DNA of 63,928 nucleotides, counting the filler, from Olpidium bornovanus S191 (taxonomy: Eukaryota; Fungi; Olpidiomycota): NCBI GenBank assembly GCA_017911155.1. It is 34 parts of 34 records of this genome, joined end to end, with 100 filler letters (N's around TTAATTAATTAA, not from the genome) between each part and the next. Parts side by side here need not be neighbours in the genome. Positions count along the whole stretch, not along the records: positions 57,493 to 60,088 come from JAEFCI010010270.1; positions 60,189 to 61,417 come from JAEFCI010001632.1; positions 61,518 to 63,928 come from JAEFCI010012018.1; 31 more parts are not named here. The stretch is one strand, 5' to 3'. Every line of letters begins with the position of its first letter. Within the stretch, counting starts at the first letter, position 1. Made by a program: the position numbers and the translations under genes. This document shows positions 59,307-63,928 of the stretch, piece by piece. A model generated the notes under the pieces. The model was given only the letters and a program-made list of their open reading frames with translations. It was not told the DNA's origin and searched no databases.

Positions 59307-59720
59307 GTGTTTTTACTGATATGTCGTCTGCTCTCGTTTTTTCGAGTAGAAACTATTGAGGGAACGGAGCGTTTTCAAGGACAGGTGCTGCGAGCAAAGA
59401 ATGCCAAACCTTTAAGAATGTTTATGACAAAAAGCCAAGATTTTCATCCCATGATGTCGTTTTTTTTGCAAAGAATCGCACATGCGAAGATGCGTTTCCC
59501 CGACGCTTGGTTACCATTGTTTATTAGGTTAGATTACTATATTACACTTGAGTTTGCAATTATGCCGTTACCTGGTTGTCTAAATCACCATTGGAAAAAA
59601 ATGCTTGTTTATCTTATGCGCATGTTTAAAGCTGCGTTTCTAAGTAAAAATCGCGCGAACGCGGATTTCGAAGCACCGAGGCGGAGCTGTGTCGCAATCG
59701 GCCGTCACTTTCCCTTGTGA
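59307..59720 (+). CDS. Orphan AT-rich ORF (137 codons)
   Basis: Stop-free for 137 codons in AT-rich DNA where stops should be frequent; Met/Phe/Leu-rich. No family recognised. Confidence 0.3.
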   Translation: MFLLICRLLSFFRVETIEGTERFQGQVLRAKNAKPLRMFMTKSQDFHPMMSFFLQRIAHAKMRFPDAWLPLFIRLDYYITLEFAIMPLPGCLNHHWKKMLVYLMRMFKAAFLSKNRANADFEAPRRSCVAIGRHFPL

Positions 59721-62382
59721 GACTGCTCAAGAAATTACTCACAAGGGGGTCTAGGTCAACACGCGGGAAATCCCCGGCGTCCAAAATTCAGCCTCTCGCG
59801 GATGCGCCGGTTCTCTGCCCCAGAGAATACAAACGCAGCTTGTAAGCTGTGGTTGGAGTTGATACGGGTTAACTCGGGCGGCTTGGCGCGCTGTCATACC
59901 GATGTGAAGACGAATATTGCAGTAAGAGATAACTTTTTTATATACTGATCATAGTTGGCTCCTTTACGCGCCAGTTCCCCGGAGCATCCTTTACGTGCCA
60001 GCTATCTGCTTACAAAATCCACGACGTTGGACATTCCGACGTTTAGCGTCTGACAATCGGGAGATGCGCGACGGCCGTATCTGACATGNNNNNNNNNNNN
60101 NNNNNNNNNNNNNNNNNNNNNNNNNNNNNNNNTTAATTAATTAANNNNNNNNNNNNNNNNNNNNNNNNNNNNNNNNNNNNNNNNNNNNCCTCCACATTCA
60201 CTGACCTTTCCATCCGCCTTTCATGCTCACTTCCCTAAATCCGTATATACCTTACGTATTTGCGCCACGCCCTTCCTCCAAATACGAGAATCTTAAGGCT
60301 TTCATGCCGCCCAATTTTTTTTCAAAACAAAACTGTCCAAGCAAATCAAAACTGTCGCAAACCACACTCCCTGCTCAATCGTAAACGAAATCCCCCCCCC
60401 CCGCAGACTTTCTTTTTCCTCCTCGAACATGATCATCTCCCCCTTTTTTTTCTTGAATGCGCAATGCACTTCTAGTGAATCAAAACTGGCCTGATGTATC
60501 GACTTTTTTGCTGTACGGCATCAGCGGGCGGGGGGGGAAGAGGGGGGGGGGGAAGAAAGACGGGCGGGGCCGATCTGCAACCTGAAAACTTTTCGCCGTA
60601 TTTGTGTGCGTCTGGTGGTAGTGAAAGAGGTGAGGCGTGTCGGGCGGCTGGGACTTTGGGCGGCTTTGGGGTGCTCCGCTGGAGCTGGCGCTGGGGAAGC
60701 GGCGGCAGCAGCTCGTGGAGAGTTGGTGCGCGTGTGCGCAAGCGAGCGTGTGTGTGTGCCTGTGCGCGCGGGTTCGACGGGTTTGCGCGAGTTCCCCCCC
60801 TTTTTTTCTTCTTAGGCAAAAGCGGCTGGTTTCCTGCTCTCGATATATAGCGGCCATTGCAGCATTATCCGCCGGTGATACGGGCAAACCCGGGATCCGG
60901 CGGATGCTTCGCCCGCGCACACGTCAGAGCAGTTTCGCATCCGGCTTTTCTTGTATATTACTTGCCGAAAAGCCGTTCTCCTTCGTGAGAGACAGTCTGC
61001 GACTAGGGAAGCAAAAGCTTCTGGCCTTTTGGTGGAACACGCCTGACGAAAAGTACCTGCGTATGGAACGTTCCTTTCTTGCCTATTGCAGCGTGTTTCT
61101 GTGAAAAACGTTAGGTGAAGTACGCACATTTAGAAAGTGCCCGGGGTTGCGGATTTATAAAAATCCAGCAGAACCTTAAGGTTAATTCACTAGACTTTGG
61201 TAAGTTCTGCTCACTCAAACATTTCAAATTGAAATTCAAAACACCCACAACAAACAAAGCGATGCCCATTCCATTGGCACTTTCCTTAGGTGACAACATG
61301 GCGTCGACCCTTACTTTTTCGCAGGCAAGGGCCGTGCTCGTGAGGGGCCAGGGAGCGTGCTGCCGGGGAAAGAGGCGGGGTTTTGACGCCGGATATGAGA
61401 CAGGAGTCAACAGTCGANNNNNNNNNNNNNNNNNNNNNNNNNNNNNNNNNNNNNNNNNNNNTTAATTAATTAANNNNNNNNNNNNNNNNNNNNNNNNNNN
61501 NNNNNNNNNNNNNNNNNCATGTATCTGCTTAAGCACTTGAGGAAGTCCTTTTATTGAATGTTTTATTTATAGACTCGATAGGGTCGAGATCAGAAATTGG
61601 GGAACGGGTACGGGGGTGGGGATTATATGTCGTGGGATTGCGATTTGCAGGCCACGTATTTATTTGATCTGATAGTTGGTTTGGGCTTTAAACAAAAGGG
61701 TTGGGTAAGTGGCTATATATACAGCAAAATCCACAGGTTTTTATGTATTATTAATAAAACAAATCTTGCATCTATTTAGGTATACGACACTCAATGCCCA
61801 TCTCATTACCAAGGAGTGGATCCTATAATCAACACATTTCTTGGGCAAGTTCAGCGTATCTACTGCCTACTTCAAGCTGCTGCAGATGGCCCTTATGGAT
61901 ATATCCGGACAATGTCAAAAACCATGCTAGTAAAATTTGACATTACTGCCAAGGAGCACAGACACTTCCCACGATCACCACCATCATCCGGGGCAGGAAA
62001 TCTTTTCCTCACCATTGAAAAAACTTTGCGAAGCGGACCGCCGCCGGCAATGGGCGAGGGGATGCCAGATTCTTTGTGCTTGTGTGTGTTTGTGGGTGCG
62101 TCTGTGTGCGTTCGCGGGAGAGTTTTCGGCTCCGTTTCTGCCGCGCCCGCCCAGCGCCGACGCTCCGCACGAAAGTCCCGCACGAGCGCCCCGCGCGAAA
62201 CACGCCGCGCGCCGCCGCCCGACCGCCCGCCCGCCCGCCGCCTCCACCTCGCCCCCTGACCCGATCTGCATGTCTGCGGCGCTAAAGCCGGCCGCGCCGT
62301 CTGCGACTGCATCCCGTCACGCCGCGGAGAGAGACGTGCTTGTCAGCTCCGCGGCCCCAAGGTGACCGCCGGCGGCAGGCAC

Positions 62383-63928
62383 ATGGGCGCCAGGGGAGGC
62401 ACTGAAGACGGAGGCGGCGCTAACGACGTCGCCAACGGCGGCGGCCCGTGGACACCCTCCGCCAATTTTGCCGCCGACGCCTCCGACGAGAAGGAGCACG
62501 TTTCATTCGCTGGAAACGGCGCGGGTTCTCCGGCCGCCGAGTCCCACCTTTCGTCGCTCTTTCCCCAAGCGGGGCAACAGCAGCAGTTCCTGCGACAGTT
62601 CCGCCTTGGTCCAGCCACTTCTCCCGCGGGGTTTTCGCCTCAGTGGCAGCAGCAGGCGCAACAGCAGCAGCTCTTCTCGCACCGGCAACGTGAGCACCAC
62701 CAAGATCTGCAGCAGCGCCAGCAGTCGCAAGGCAGGAATCAGTTTGACAATGGCATATCGCACGCGGATAACACGGGCGAGCAGTACTACGGCATGGGAA
62801 CGATTACCGGCACGCATGGCGAATTGGCTGACACGGCAGTAATCGCGGGCGGTGCGCCTGACGAGTACTCCCATGACGTTCTGGTTAGTCAGCTGCGAGA
62901 CGACCACGCAGTGCACGCGCAACTTCAGCTGCAGGCTTTGCAGGCCCAACAACACCAGCAAATGCGGCAACAGCAAGCGCACGCGCAATCCAGGAACACA
63001 AACCCGATGGTGACGCAACAGCTGCTTGGGAACTTCCCTTACCAGTTGCCAATTCCAATGACGCATCACCAGCAACTTTTGCCACAGCTTCATAGCCCAA
63101 ACCAGTTTCTGAGCCCGCAATTTCAGAGGCAACAGTCGTCGGATGTCCTTCAAAACCTGCTTCCGCAGCGACAGCTTTCACAAAGCGCCGGGCGTAATTC
63201 TCAATTCTATCAACACCTGCAGCCGCCAGCGTCTGGCGGCTTTGCAGGTCCTGCAACGGGCGCGGTCGCGACACAGGCAGGTCTCCTGGGAGCCCCGGGA
63301 CTGCACACGTTGGCCACCGGGCCCGACTCGTTCAGAATTGGTAGAGGAGCTGACAGTTGTCCTCCTGTGCCTCACGGGTCATCTCCTTCTCCGGAAACGG
63401 CTCGACAGTTTTTTCGTGGGCCGGCAGCGTCTTCTGCGGGCTTGGCGCCTCAGTGGCCTCAACCGGAGCAACAGCGGCGTTTCCATCATCGGCAACGAGA
63501 ACAGCAAGATCTGCAGCAGCACCATATGCTGCTACAAGGCAGGAATCCGTTCGATAGCGGCATGTCACGTGCCGAGGACGCGGGCGAGTCGGTGCAGGTT
63601 TTCGGGCCAGGCGCGATCAACGGCGTGCAAGACGGGGAACTGGTCGACACGGTGATGGTGGCGGGCGGTGCCCACGCCGATCACTCTAATAACGTCACGC
63701 TGGCTGGGCAGCTGCAACAGAACCGCGCCATGTGCGCTCAAGCTGAACTGCAACGGCAACTGCAGGCCCAGCAGTACCAACACCATCGCCTCTGGCAACA
63801 ACAATCACATGTTCAACCCCGTAATTCAAGTCCAGTGGGGTTGCAGCAAATTCTCGGAAGTTCTCCTTACCAGCAGCCGGCTGTACCGACGCATCCCCAG
63901 CAACTTATGTCCCAACTTCACCCAAATC
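62383..63928 (+). CDS. Gln-rich low-complexity protein with a ~270-aa internal duplication; open to the window end and absent from the supplied ORF track
   Basis: Frame 1 has no stop from 62260 to 63928; first in-frame ATG at 62383. RQF..GPA...PQW...HRQRE.QDLQQ...QGRN.FD.G occurs at 62593 and again at 63403. Confidence 0.72.
   Translation, partial: MGARGGTEDGGGANDVANGGGPWTPSANFAADASDEKEHVSFAGNGAGSPAAESHLSSLFPQAGQQQQFLRQFRLGPATSPAGFSPQWQQQAQQQQLFSHRQREHHQDLQQRQQSQGRNQFDNGISHADNTGEQYYGMGTITGTHGELADTAVIAGGAPDEYSHDVLVSQLRDDHAVHAQLQLQALQAQQHQQMRQQQAHAQSRNTNPMVTQQLLGNFPYQLPIPMTHHQQLLPQLHSPNQFLSPQFQRQQSSDVLQNLLPQRQLSQSAGRNSQFYQHLQPPASGGFAGPATGAVATQAGLLGAPGLHTLATGPDSFRIGRGADSCPPVPHGSSPSPETARQFFRGPAASSAGLAPQWPQPEQQRRFHHRQREQQDLQQHHMLLQGRNPFDSGMSRAEDAGESVQVFGPGAINGVQDGELVDTVMVAGGAHADHSNNVTLAGQLQQNRAMCAQAELQRQLQAQQYQHHRLWQQQSHVQPRNSSPVGLQQILGSSPYQQPAVPTHPQQLMSQLHPN

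Overview
This window is not one locus. It holds 34 short eukaryotic contigs (about 1-3.7 kb) joined by 33 identical 100-nt artificial linkers (44 N + TTAATTAATTAA + 44 N), so neighbourhood across a linker means nothing. The DNA is GC-rich, intron-rich and fungal-like. Recognisable genes or fragments: eIF5B/FUN12, an F-box/WD40 protein, a complete GAR1, RIB4, PBP2-like KH protein, SH3-PX protein, mitoferrin MRS3/4, CCT6, a ZZ-finger protein, MNS1, a STE20-like kinase start, a tandem-Myb protein, cytosolic HSP70, a BTB protein, GLY1, an FMO end, STU1/CLASP, an AN1-finger protein, SIP5, a Cys-rich single-pass membrane protein and a Q-rich repeat ORF. Dead Ty1/copia and Ty3/gypsy fragments are also present, one copia with a candidate 3' LTR. 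Fungal-type genes plus the axonemal gene MNS1 point to a zoosporic (flagellated) fungus; an Olpidium/chytrid-like source is my inference, not a database result. There is no CRISPR array, rRNA, credible tRNA or real gene cluster. I cannot demonstrate a new multi-gene system. The best leads are a tandem-Myb protein with a mitochondrial-type presequence, frequent purine-rich AAG 3' splice sites with micro-exons, hairpin-unit tandem arrays, a Q-rich ORF with a ~270-aa duplication missed by the ORF track, and a low-GC frameshifted F-box gene. Exon models were built by eye.
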